A stretch of DNA of 62,852 bases, counting the filler, from Octopus bimaculoides (taxonomy: Eukaryota): assembly GCF_001194135.2 (NCBI RefSeq). It is 7 parts of 7 records of this genome, joined end to end, with 100 filler letters (N's around TTAATTAATTAA, not from the genome) between each part and the next. Parts side by side here need not be neighbours in the genome. Positions count along the whole stretch, not along the records: positions 47,972 to 56,079 come from NC_068989.1; positions 56,180 to 59,653 come from NC_068995.1; positions 59,754 to 62,852 come from NC_069004.1; 4 more parts are not named here. One strand, written 5' to 3'. The notes below the pieces were generated by a model. It did no database searches. It had not been told where the DNA came from and saw only the letters and a program-made list of their open reading frames with translations. Every line of letters begins with the position of its first letter. Position 1 is the stretch's first letter. Below are positions 50,512-62,852 of the stretch, piece by piece. The position numbers and the translations under genes were made by a program.

Positions 50512-53229
50512 CTTTAAAAAGAGTCCCAACAAACTAATTTCCTTCATATCATTTCCTTATAGAAAGAAGCTTTTATATATTACCCTTTGAAATAAAACGA
50601 GTTATATCTAGCATGTTTTTCATCATTTTCTCTTTCTAACCTGAACTACAGCTAGAGAACAGCACAACGATAAGTATGACCACGATGACCACCACCCATG
50701 ACATCAACATTTCCACCAATACAACTAAGTGCATTCGGTAGCTTAGCAGTATCCAATACGTTGCATGGTTCCTTTTTTACTGACAGATTTCTCGCAGGAA
50801 TCGATAAATAAGTACGTAATGAAGTGCTATGTTGTTGTTGTTATTGTTGTTGTTGTTGTTGTTGTCGTCGTCGTCGTCGTTGTCCTTCTCCTCCTCTTTC
50901 CTCTTCCTCTCCCCTCACTCTTCCGTTCTCCCCCTCTTTTCTACTTTAGTCTGTGGAGAGGAATGGACTTCACTAGATTTAAAATGCCGGTAATAATTTC
51001 TCTCTGACATCACCAGAGCTTAAGTGTTCAAGAGAGAAAAGAAGCTTCTGCCATATTAATACCAGGTCTGGGAAGGTCGGCATAGGTCGAGGAATAATAC
51101 ATCTTTTCAGTTAAGTTATAAAAGCATAAAAAAGTCTATAATCGAGCGCAGATTATTTGCTACGGTTTTGGGGTGGAGAATACTGAACTCGAATGCTTTC
51201 ATCAGCAGCTAGTTTCGTGTCTCATGAAGAGGTTATACAATAATTCATCGAGTAAGATACATCGTTTCCAAAACTATGGTAGCACATTGCACTGACAATG
51301 GTCGGGAAAGCTGATTATTTGAAAGGTTCAGTTTCACAAACAACAAACAAGCAAACATACGGAGTAGCTTGATCGGGAATCAACATTAAATTTTAAACGC
51401 TATGTATCATGTTACCTTTAAAAACCAAATGTATTTGGCGAGGTTTGTGGCTAATTTTCGTTTTAAGCTTCTTAAATATACGAATAAGTAGGTGAAAATA
51501 ATAAGGTTCAAAGAGATTATTGGTCAGAAGATATAATTCCCAAAGTATTGTTATTGTTGGTTTAAATTTTAGCACAATATTTTGAAATTTCCGAAAGTAG
51601 CCGTTAAAGTGGCAATTAATTAAGATAATGGACAACAAAGAAACTATATTTGCCAGCAACAGAGATGGGCACATACTTTATACACACATTTATTTTAACT
51701 TCATACACTTTTAGACTAACAATTAGCAATAGACAAATAAATTCAGTTATATGATACCGTTATAGATATTTCGTTTTTATCAAGTTGATAATGAATCATA
51801 ATATATATATATACGTTGGGTTGTAGACTATGGGTATTTTGTGTTTGAAGTTTTATGGTATCTGTTATCTACAAATCTTATAAAGCAAACCAGTATTTCT
51901 AGAGTCTAGTATATATTGCGCTACATAAAAATAATGTAATACAATTGCTTATGAAGAAATTGTAGTTCTGAGGTAGAGATTAGTTTCAGCCACTTGGAAT
52001 ATAAAGCCAGTTGTTAATAAGAATCAATTTAATAATGAATGGAAGTTTTAATTTTAGTTACCATGAAAATATAGGTGCGCCTCTCCTCCTTCATTCTGGT
52101 ACCTGAATTGCTTACAAGAACCTTCACAGCATAAATATTTTCAGCACATGAATGTGAGAAAATAGGGACCCGGAAGCAGTTAGAATTGCGGGTTGCCTGG
52201 ATGAAACCCATGTAGTGGCTTCTCACTCATGCGGTGGGCAGGTTTTGCTCAACTCCTTTGTCATGTGTTTATTTTACTTATTTTATGTAACCATGTGTAT
52301 ATCTCACCATACGACGATACGATGTAAATCATTTTTGAAATATGATATATGTATGTATGGATTAGTCCTGGTAACAAAATAACGGATAGGACGTTTATAA
52401 TTTTGTTCCAACACCCTTATCTTTTCCGTAATGAGGGCAACTCTTTATGCCTTGAATATGAATATTGGCAATTTTCTGTTGTATTGAATGTACTGTATAT
52501 AACATGCCTTGTATAATAGTACTATTTTATGCATGTTATTCATATTTGTATTCCTGCATTAGGATGTGCAGGGTATTTTAATCAATGCTAAATTATGTAG
52601 TATTATTATTACAGGGGATGTTTCTGTTTTCAGTCCATACATTTTGGATATCTAGTTTTCTAGACCTTTATAGTAGATGGCATCCCCATAATTAATGTAT
52701 AAACATCAAAGAATAAATCCACGGTATCTAAGAGCTGAATTAATAACAGGTCATTAAACTCGAACATGTTATTACATTGGAGTAATTCAAAATGGGTTCA
52801 GCTTATACATAGTCGGCTAAAACGATCTTTTTAAGAGCAACATATTTAGCATCAGAACAGAAAAGCATAAATTTCACATATAGTTCATACTTAAATTACA
52901 GCTGTTTCATTAAGATAAATAGCATTGAATGTATCATTATATAATTGCGTTGTATAATTCAAATTAAATGAAAAGCTGTTTTCACCCGAATCATATGAAA
53001 TTGTGTGTTAGATTAATAAGAAACGCAGCACAATTAAAGTATGAAGTATGTATGAAATTTGTACTTTACTTCATTTCCACTTGTCTGCTAAATACTTAGA
53101 TAACTTATAAAATTTCATCAGGTCACATTATCGTTTGATAGTATTTTTATTTATATTAAGAAATTGAAATAGTGTCTCATCTAAACATCATATTTTGAAA
53201 TTTCTTCATCTATTCTAACTTCAATTCCT

Positions 53230-54880
53230 ACGTTTCTCAATCAGTGTTGACTATTTCTCACGCCTTTCAGTTTCTTTAGGCAATCTGCTATGTATTGATA
53301 ATACGCTTTGGGCACACTTTTGAATAAATTTCTGTTGTGCCTCATTTTCCCATCGCAACTAAACATCATTTCAGTTTCTGGTATACCTTCCGTGGCTTCC
53401 TTGGTATCTCTGGCTTTTTGGTGACAGAAACCCATATTTTCTTTCTTCATGCCTTGTGACTACTTGTATTAGGTTTCTATAATTTTTATTACTAATTATG
53501 TAGTCTTGTAGTGGCTAACTCATTACTGAGTTTTGCCCATCATATAGCCAATAACATTGGAAGTATTCGTTTGTCATCATGGGCAATATCAGGAGATAAG
53601 GCTTACATACAATAAAATGAGTATTTAATTTAAAAATAAAAGCAATTTTACCTTAAAGGTATAATTAAGTAAAACAAATTTCATATTTGTTTATATGCAA
53701 TAAATATATATCATCATATGTCTAATTTTATCAACATAATAACAATCTACTCCTGCAAAAATTTATCTCAGCAAAATTTCTTGCCAACATGTATTTTTCA
53801 GAAAGTATTAAGAAACTCATTCGGCACTTCTTATATTAAAACCCTCTGTATCTCTGTCTTATCGCTATCACACTCTCTCCATTCCGTGCAAAGCATGACT
53901 AGACAAATCAGCTCACCAACAAATCAACTATTATTGTATGGAAATAGATTCGTAGTAGATTAAGGTCCGCTTAAGTAGCTTGCTGACAAATGTCCGAAAG
54001 GACGAAAGGCAAAGTCAATCGTGGCGAAATTTGAACTCAGAACGAAAGACGGATGAAATGCCGCTAAGCATTTCACCTAGCGTGCAAACGATTCTGCCAG
54101 CTCGTCGCCTTACACTGATAAATGTAATATTGCTGTCAGAGTTTTGGATGAGTATTCTAAATGCAGTCGTTCTTTTACAATTTTTTTTGTAGTGTCTAGT
54201 CTTGCTTGTTAAGTGTTGAGGGTATCGTAACTAGAATTTATTACTGGGACGGTTAATGCGCTAATTTTATTATGTTGTATTTTGGGGTCACCTCTGTTTT
54301 AAGTATTACTCTAATGTCTCTATACAATACCTGCTTGACCATGTCTTTCCTTTATACATTGTATACTCTAACTTTATTTCATTGACTTCTAACTATTTGT
54401 GGGCTGTGTTTGGCCAAAGAGTCTTGTTTCTGTTTCTTTATCTTACATGTTATTAATTTTCTTAATTAATTTCATTCTCTTCAAATTGCCTTGGCGCATT
54501 TTCTAATCAGAATCTTGTCTCTCTCTCAAGTCTTCTTATAAACCCATGTGCTATGTGCAGCAGAGTTTGTAATTGTTTATTACATGTAATTAATGCTAAA
54601 CGTGATATCGTCTATATATTGGAGATGTGGTTGATTGTCCTCCCATAGCTATTCTATCCGACACCAAATTGGTTTAACATGTTGATTAACGATATTAGTG
54701 TCAGGCAGAATAAAAACAGTTGGAAGACGAAATCTCCTTGTAGTATTCCTCTCCTAATAGATATAGTTTAATTTACTATTTTCCTAATATTTTCAAAGTT
54801 TTATGCGAGTTTTTTGTAATTCTGTCTTTTGTAAATATGCAATTGTTGTCTGCAAATAGAGTTATTTTGTTGTGAATTTT
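53230..54880 (-). mobile_element. Old R4/Dong LINE remnant, interrupted by a SINE
   Basis: IRRGILQGDF..FLFCL..TINH (~54600-54770). The downstream portion is only weakly recognisable. Confidence 0.5.
53990..54109 (-). mobile_element. SINE family A 5' half
   Basis: Reverse complement of the 687-800 head. Confidence 0.8.
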
Positions 54881-54904
54881 CGTTTATTGTTTCTGGTGTC
54901 ACTG

Positions 54905-55050
54905 AAGGCATATGGCCTCATGCTAGGATGTGTAGCCTACGATCATAATACTGTGGGTTCAATTCCAGATTCGGGCAACACGTCGTGTCCTTGAACATGA
55001 CCTTTAATTTCATGTTTACTCCAGTCTATTCAGATGAAAATGAACATCCG
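54905..55050 (+). mobile_element. Third tRNA-like SINE head
   Basis: TGGCCTCATGCTAGG (A-box-like), GGTTCAATTCC (B-box), then GTGTCCTTGAACATGAC. Confidence 0.5.
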
Positions 55051-55773
55051 ACCAAATGTTGATGGAGCTATCTCTCCTCAGCATGCACAGACTGAATAAG
55101 CCACTGGGTAGATGACGAAAGAGTCAAGAAAATGCCCATGCGTACTCACGACCATATAGGTGACTAAAACAATTAACGAAAGTATAACACATGTTAACTA
55201 AGTCACACTACTTCGTGCTGTGTTCTCCCTTTCTTTATGTTTTTCTTTCTTTCTTTTTTTCTTTCTTTTTTCTTTCTTTCTTTCTTTCTTTCTTTTTGGT
55301 TTCGTTATAATGCTGTATAAAATATGCACAATCAGAATTGTGTGATTTTGTGTTTCATGTCTGTTGTATAATTAGTGTTATAGATTTTAAAATCGGACAG
55401 TAATTACACAGAGTATGTACGGTGTACCTTGTGTTATATTAATTGGTTCCATCTGGTAACGTATGTGTTCTACGAGTTGTAGGCGTCAAAATGTCGCGAA
55501 TCGATTGTATATGAGTATGTTTGAGGTAATGCTTGTGGGTGTTGATTGTGTATTGTAGGCAATATGTTATATTTATCGGTGATGAATATGGCGGTAAATA
55601 TATAGAGCATGACTTTGTTTTAGTGGGTAATAATTGTGTAGGGTATGTGTTGTGCTATATTGATTGGGGTGATTCTAAGGCATTATATAATTAAGCAGAG
55701 TGAGGCCATGTTGTCTAGAGGAGAGAGGCGTTGCGCTCACGATCTCAAGATCGCGATTCCCGGACCGAGCAAT

Positions 55774-56003
55774 GCGGTGAGCTAGCAGAATGGTTAGCAC
55801 GCCGGGCGAAAGGCTGAGTGGGTTTTATCTGCCGTTACGTTCTGAGTTCAAATTCTGCCGAGGTCGACTTTGCCTTTCATACTTTCAGGGTCGATAAATT
55901 AAGTACCAGTTGAGTACTAGGGTCGAAGTAATCGGCTTTCCCCCCTCCCTCAAATTTCAGGCCTTGTGCCTATAGTAGAAAGAATTATTATTATTATTAT
56001 CAC

Positions 56004-56042
<39 letters not shown>

Positions 56043-56079
56043 AAGGATGGCGTGAGCTGGCGGAATCGTTAGCGCACCG
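55774..56079 (+). mobile_element. SINE family A + (ATT)n tail + head of a second copy
   Basis: Full copy at 55774-55985, (ATT)n to 56040, new head at 56048. Confidence 0.88.
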
Positions 56080-56179
56080 NNNNNNNNNNNNNNNNNNNNN
56101 NNNNNNNNNNNNNNNNNNNNNNNTTAATTAATTAANNNNNNNNNNNNNNNNNNNNNNNNNNNNNNNNNNNNNNNNNNNN

Positions 56180-56257
<78 letters not shown>

Positions 56258-56317
56258 CTATATCTAGTCGTTGGTTATGGCCGGTCAGAAAGCGACCATT
56301 TTTACGTCTCTTTTTTA

Positions 56318-56455
56318 CGTCTACTATTGTTCTTAGGCGTCAAACCAGACCCGTTGGCCGAAGGCAAATAAACCCTTTACATAACCCCATTAGTAGAGAA
56401 GTTATGTGCCCCCGGCCAGGGGCTCTGACATGTCGCCTAAGAACGTTAAAAGACG
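56318..56455. repeat. Small inverted-repeat-bounded unit (MITE-like)
   Basis: CGTCTACTATTGTTCTTAGGCG vs CGCCTAAGAACGTTAAAAGACG; internal GCCCC-N6-GGGGC hairpin. Confidence 0.5.
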
Positions 56456-56660
56456 CTGGCAGAATCGTTAGCACGCCGGGCAAAATGCCTAGCGGTATTT
56501 AGTCTGACTCTACGTTCTGATTTCAAATTGCACCGAGGTCGACTTCATCTTTCATCCTTTCGAGGTCGATAACATAAGTACCAGTTAAGCACTGGGGTCG
56601 ATGTGATCGACTTACCGCCTCCCCCGAGATTGCTGGCCTTGTGCCAAAATTCGAAACCAA
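56456..56660 (+). mobile_element. SINE family A
   Basis: CTGGCAGAATCGTTAGCACGCCGGGC ... GGCCTTGTGCCAAAATT. Confidence 0.85.
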
Positions 56661-56669
56661 TATTATGAT

Positions 56670-56955
56670 AATGTGAAGATTACGAGAAATTGGTGTCGGC
56701 CATGTTAATTTAATGAAGAATGTGACTGCGAGGATTATGACAACTTGTAGAGATTATACTTAGCAGAGGTTGTGATGTATCTTAGTAAAGATTACGATAA
56801 CTTAGAGAAGACTATGATAATTTGTGATATATCATATTAGAGATTAAGATAAATGAGTGGAGATTATGACAATTTGTAACGGTTGTACTTAGTGATTATT
56901 ATGATATGATATATCTTAGTAGAGATTAAGATAATTTAGTGGAGATTAGGATAAT
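56670..56955. repeat. Degenerate ~20-bp minisatellite (AGAGATTATGATAATTT-like)
   Basis: GATTA(T/A/C)GATAA variants recur many times. Confidence 0.55.
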
Positions 56956-57869
56956 AAGCCACAGACATAAGTATGTAATGTTGCTGCATTTTTGTAATAA
57001 TTGTCTTCAAAATATAGATTTAAAGATATTTGTTTAAATCAGAAGTGATTAGCTTTTAATTAAATTGTGGAGAAAAACTCCTTATTTCCCCGATGTACCA
57101 CTACTCCTTCCATAATGATTTACCTCTCCACGAAATACTTGAACAGGGGGCGCTACCGTTGATGTGTTGCCACCAAGTAAGTAAGTTCTGGTCGAACAGA
57201 TCTTTAAGGAGAAAAGAATGACTGCAATTTTTTTTTTTTTTTTTCGCTTTTCGGGGAACCAATAGGATCATCCGAGAGGAAAAAATAATAATTAGATATT
57301 TAAATTGAGACATTCCCAGGGGTTTAATTAATTAAATAAAAGGGCAAGCGTCACTGTATGGATAGGGTAGGGGGAGCATGGTGGGGGTATGTGGGTGTGT
57401 TACTTAAAGATTATTACCTCATTATTGGTTACTGTTGATAATTGACCTGCTGCTTTTGTTTGACAATGTAAAATTCCTGCGAAGAATCCAAGTGGAAGAA
57501 TTCAATTAATTTTGGGTATTGAGTTGGAAGTTGTCAGTTAAGGAATGAAACTTTCATTACCAATTCTGAACTAGGTTCTTCGAGTTTTATTCGCATTATT
57601 GGTTATCAACTTTCTTTATAGCATTTATTTATTTATTTTATCATTTCAGTGTTGCCATGTTTTATTGCGTGGTTTCACGGCTGAGCGTCGGTCTGTGCGT
57701 CTTGGACACCTGCAGCGTTACGTATCCATAAATGGCTCCACACATCAATAATGTATTACACAATTCATTAAAAATTTCTAAATTCACACAATTCTGGTAA
57801 ATATTACCCAAGAATTTTCGTTAATCAACTCGTAATGTTTTATCGTCTGTTTTATGTATTTTAACCGGT

Positions 57870-58235
57870 AATTGTCATAATGAATCTTTCTTTGGCTGAT
57901 TGCACAACCCTGGACGCCACACGTATTGATGCATTGCAATAACTCTCTGGATAGAACTTGGTAATCCTGACCGTTGATCTTCTAGGATTCCTCCGCTCAG
58001 CATCAAAGGTACAGCTGAGCCCTTCCGCTGCTCTTCCAAATCCGCCATGTTGCAATCCTACGGCTTCGCCGGATCCCTGCAAGTGCTGACAGAGGGCAAC
58101 AAGCTCCATATATCTATATCAAGCAGATTTGTGATGACATAAACTGCAATCCGTCTGACCTACCGAATAGAATGAACAACTGGAGGACGACAGAGAGTGA
58201 CGGGAATCCGTGAAAGATGCGGGACCGGATGATGA
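57870..58235 (+). mobile_element. RTE-clade LINE 3' remnant
   Basis: YIKQICDDINCNPSDLPNRMNN..RVTGIRERCGT followed by GATGATGA, resembling RTE C-termini. Confidence 0.5.
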
Positions 58236-59234
58236 CGTGGAATCTCAGTTTTCTATCAAAATACTAAGACATGTCTACATGTTTTTTTGCGAGCTTTTAG
58301 CACCATGCAGCACTTTTCTTTGAATCAAAATGTTCCAGATTTCTTCGTTTCTTTCCAAATAGCTTCACGAACAAGAATTTTTCCATTTTTCTAAGTTTCC
58401 ATTAAATACAAAGAAATGATTTCTTTCCAATTGAAGAAGAAGAAGAAGAAGAAGAAGAAGAAGAAGAAGAAGAAGAAGAAGAAGAAGAAGNNNNNNNNNN
58501 NNNNNNNNNNNNNNNNNNNNNNNNNNNNNNNNNNNNNNNNNNNNNNNNNNNNNNNNNNNNNNNNNNNNNNNNNNNNNNNNNNNNNNNNNNNNNNNNNNNN
58601 NNNNNNNNNNNNNNNNNNNNNNNNNNNNNNNNNNNNNNNNNNNNNNNNNNNNNNNNNNNNNNNNNNNNNNNNNNNNNNNNNNNNNNNNNNNNNNNNNNNN
58701 NNNNNNNNNNNNNNNNNNNNNNNNNNNNNNNNNNNNNNNNNNNNNNNNNNNNNNNNNNNNNNNNNNNNNNNNNNNNNNNNNNNNNNNNNNNNNNNNNNNN
58801 NNNNNNNNNNNNNNNNNNNNNNNNNNNNNNNNNNNNNNNNNNNNNNNNNNNNNNNNNNNNNNNNNNNNNNNNNNNNNNNNNNNNNNNNNNNNNNNNNNNN
58901 NNNNNNNNNNNNNNNNNNNNNNNNNNNNNNNNNNNNNNNNNNNNNNNNNNNNNNNNNNNNNNNNNNNNNNNNNNNNNNNNNNNNNNNNNNNNNNNNNNNN
59001 NNNNNNNNNNNNNNNNNNNNNNNNNNNNNNNNNNNNNNNNNNNNNNNNNNNNNNNNNNNNNNNNNNNNNNNNNNNNNNNNNNNNNNNNNNNNNNNNNNNN
59101 NNNNNNNNNNNNNNNNNNNNNNNNNNNNNNNNNNNNNNNNNNNNNNNNNNNNNNNNNNNNNNNNNNNGTGGTACCGGTGGTGGTACCGGTGGTGGTGGTG
59201 GTGGTCAGGTGTGTTTGTATGTGCGCGCGCGTAT

Positions 59235-59420
59235 ATTCTTTTATTTCTTCATTTGTTTCAGTCATTTGACTGCGGCCATGCTGGAGCACTGCATCTAGTT
59301 GAACAAATCGACCCCAGGACTTATTCCTTGTAAGCCTAGTACCTATTCTATCGGTCTTTTTATTGCCGAACCGCTAAGTTACGAGATCGTAAACACACCA
59401 GCATCGGTTGTCAAGCGATT
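59235..59420 (-). mobile_element. SINE family B body
   Basis: Reverse complement of 60-240. Confidence 0.85.
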
Positions 59421-59980
59421 TAAACTTAAAAACACGCAAACATTGACACACGCAAATATTTGCATATCAAGGCAGACAGTATCTTATATAACATCTACAA
59501 CGGCGACAGTAGTCCAATAGCAGCGTGTACTGATACGAAGAAATGGCGTTTAAGGTATTCTTTGCGTAATTCGTTCGAGGAGACATTTAAAGAAAAAAAA
59601 GTCAGATATGAAAAAAAATCCACTTAACTGAATGACGTTCGCTTCAAGAGGATNNNNNNNNNNNNNNNNNNNNNNNNNNNNNNNNNNNNNNNNNNNNTTA
59701 ATTAATTAANNNNNNNNNNNNNNNNNNNNNNNNNNNNNNNNNNNNNNNNNNNNATATATAATATATATATGTGTATGTGCGTGTCTGTGTTGTGTGCGTG
59801 TGTATACGTATATATGTATACATATATATATGTGTGTGTGTTTTTATTTAACACTGTCCATTTTCCGCTTCTACACTCTTTTTCACGTTCTCTCACATTC
59901 TCGCTCTTAAAAAAATCATAACTCTCGTTCCTTAGCAACAGAAATCAATAAGTGTCGGTGTCAGTATATATGTGCGTGTG

Positions 59981-60012
<32 letters not shown>

Positions 60013-60427
60013 CGTGTGTGTGTGTGTGTCAGTGTGTGTGTGTCAGTGTGTGCGTGTGTATGTTTGAGTGTGCGCATGCGTGAGTGTATGTAATGGTCTT
60101 TTACTGAATATACCAAACTAATTTTAATATCTAAGCATAACTATTAATGTATACAGAAACAGACACATGCCTAGGGACTGCATACACGCACACACAGAGG
60201 AACATGTGGGGACATATGAACACACACACGCACACACACGCACACACACGCGCACACACAAGCATACACACACACATAAATGATTACGCTCATATAAATA
60301 TTTTTTTAAAATATACATTTACATGTATATATATACATATGTGCATCCGTATATATGTATATATAGAACTAAATTTTTATGTACATGTACAAATATATAC
60401 ACGTATGTAAATATGAATAAATATATA

Positions 60428-60462
<35 letters not shown>

Positions 60463-61414
60463 GGCCCTACACAGCCAAATCACACACACATATGTGTGGA
60501 TATGGTTGTATGTATTGATACAATACAAAATTGTAATCGGTTTCGCTACGTTAAGTTTCACCTAATTGAATTGCAAAATAAGATACCGAACCAAACAGAC
60601 CTTTTGCAAACCTCTTCCTTGCATAATTAAACCTACAAACTCTATCACTCCAGCCGTGAAACTATAATATCTAGACACAGCATTACCTCTTTGTTTGCTC
60701 ATGTATTCTATGAAAACTTCTTTTTTCACGTCTCTGAACTGTTTATTTTGAAAATACTATTTACCATTTAGTATATTATTTCATACATAATTACCCACAA
60801 CGTTATGTACTCGTGTATTATATAGGAACATTTATTTTTAATATCATCGAAATTTAGTATGTTCGTTTATGAACGAAGTTTTATTATATTTATTTATATT
60901 TAATGGATTTTCACCATTTGTTGTATTTACGATATTCATTCAATCATAATTTACCGTTTAAGGTTTTTTTAAAAGAACAAACGTATGGATATTTTGCGAG
61001 TAAATGAAGGATGATGATTTTATTGCACTAGAAATTTACTTCCCTTACATTGCATAATATAGAGAAAATAAAGCTTAAGATAATGGCCATAGGTTCTGAA
61101 ATTATGCGCATGACAGGAAATAATGATATTCATAGATAGTGTTATACAAATGCTTTCGAAATTCACTTTTTTTTTTACCTGGAGATCGATGGAATTTCAA
61201 ATAACAGTTATTATTATTAGAATTTTGTAATTCTGTTAGGTGAAACTTAAAGTAGCAAAATTATGACCATTTTGTACTGTGTTCATGCACGTGTATTTAT
61301 CCTACGCAATTTTGATCCTCTCTTAATTATTCTGTCAATTTTGCAGTATATATGTATGTATGTGTACGTGTATGTATGAATGTATTTGTGTGTGTGTGTG
61401 TGTGTGTATGTGTG

Positions 61415-61645
61415 TGAAGACAAGGGTTTAAAAGCACGAGAAGAAAGGGTGAGATTTCCTGAAGAAATGTAGAAGCAATGAGAAAAGAGTACCAGGACAT
61501 CTCCTTTAAGTGCAGTCACTGCAACCAGGCCAGTCACTCACACAGGAGTCTCTTCAAACTCAACCGATTCTGTTCTGCCAGCAATAAAAAAGATATCCCG
61601 GGCGTATGTCCATGGTCACGCGAAACTTACGGGTGCTTGACCTTT
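61415..61645 (+). mobile_element. RTE (BovB-like) LINE 3' end
   Basis: FKCSHCNQASHSHRSLFKLNRFC (decayed C2H2-like terminal motif) then CCATGGTCACGCGAAAC. Confidence 0.45.
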
Positions 61646-62026
61646 CCTTTCCCCGTTTGAACAATAGGTCAGAAACGTCGGAGAAATGTAGATGTTTGCA
61701 GAAGCATCTATTACGTAAGCGAGCCATAATACTTTCGCCGGCTAACATTGTCGAATCATATTTAATGCATATTCAAACAAAACACATCGATGTGGACAAA
61801 TAAAATCTGTGGATTATGAAGAGGTACAAGCTTGAGATGACCTCAGAGATAAGCAACGGTGGTTATATACATGTATGTGAGTATGTATGTGTGTATGTGT
61901 GTGTGTGTGACTGCTTGTATGTATGTGGGCGTATGAATGGGTGCATGACTGTAAATGTATGTATGTATATATATATATATATATATACAGAGAGCGAAAG
62001 AGAGAGAGAGATAGACAGACAAACAC

Positions 62027-62067
<41 letters not shown>

Positions 62068-62119
62068 GAGAAAATGCAAGGACAGGTAGATTTAAATATA
62101 TATATATATATAAAGAGTC

Positions 62120-62155
<36 letters not shown>

Positions 62156-62790
62156 ATCTATATATATATATTTCTGTATATGTGTATGTGTATGTATATA
62201 CACAAATCCACATATATATAATTATATATNNNNNNNNNNATATATATATATATATCTGTACACGTGTGTATGTTTATATACACATATCCACATATATATG
62301 TGTGTGTGTATACGTATGTACGTATGTATGCAGATATGCATGCATATACACGTGACTCTACAGTCACCTGGCTTTTACTTCACACAGACAGCAAACCGCT
62401 GCAGTATTCCCTTTCTTTACATTTAGTTAGCCTCGTTTCCACAGTGTGACTCGGTAATTAGTGTTAACTCTGCCCTGCGGACATTGATATTCTTGTTTTT
62501 CAACCTACAACAGAAATGCATTTTCAAGTAAAGATTTTACGACAGTGCACAATGAACTGGGTGGGTTAATGCAAAACTTTATGTAATATGGAGATTAGAT
62601 GAAGAGCAAGAACGTCTCTAGGGATGTATGTATGTATGTGTATATATGTGTGTGTATGTGTATGCATATACACATGTACATAAATATATACATATATACA
62701 TATATACATATATACATATATATCTATACACACATATATATGTATATATATGTACATATATATACATATATATGTATCTATATATATACA

Positions 62791-62852
<62 letters not shown>

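Noticed and set aside
52029-52226. Candidate exon on either strand in a GC-richer island
   Set aside because: Splice signals are ambiguous on both strands and the peptide is unrecognised, so support is insufficient.
53983-54007. Hammerhead-like CTGACAAAT-GTCC-GAAA-GGAC-GAAA
   Set aside because: G8 is absent, stems I and III do not form, and the stem-II look-alike is a mutated part of the antisense SINE A sequence.
59168-59205. GTGGTACCGGTG 12-mer repeat at a gap edge
   Set aside because: Only two units are visible as variants of a (GGT)n tract; the rest is hidden in the gap.

Overview
Eukaryotic, AT-rich, microsatellite-saturated and gapped non-coding DNA. The SINE families look like those of octopus (inferred from recognition, not verified). 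I found no intact protein-coding gene, rRNA, tRNA or CRISPR; only a few low-confidence candidate exons. The window is a layered transposon graveyard. It holds a piggyBac with an internal deletion, two Tc1 elements with IR/DR ends, a mariner fragment, one well-bounded and one possible non-autonomous Helitron, and many R4/Dong-clade LINE fragments chained at (AAT)n microsatellites. It also holds CR1/L2/Jockey-group, RTE and Tx1/L1-like fragments, a decayed Penelope-like element and several tRNA-derived SINEs. The main highlights are: (1) a near-canonical type I hammerhead ribozyme fold at 26216-26268 (-) just past the Penelope-like ORF, plus a decayed second hammerhead at 6521-6574 (+); (2) a spacerless palindrome of about 270 bp at 15441-15713; (3) orientation-specific Dong LINE chains at (AAT)n; (4) a Tc1 nested in a Dong copy whose empty site can be reconstructed. 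The six TTAATTAATTAA islands inside N runs are assembly padding.
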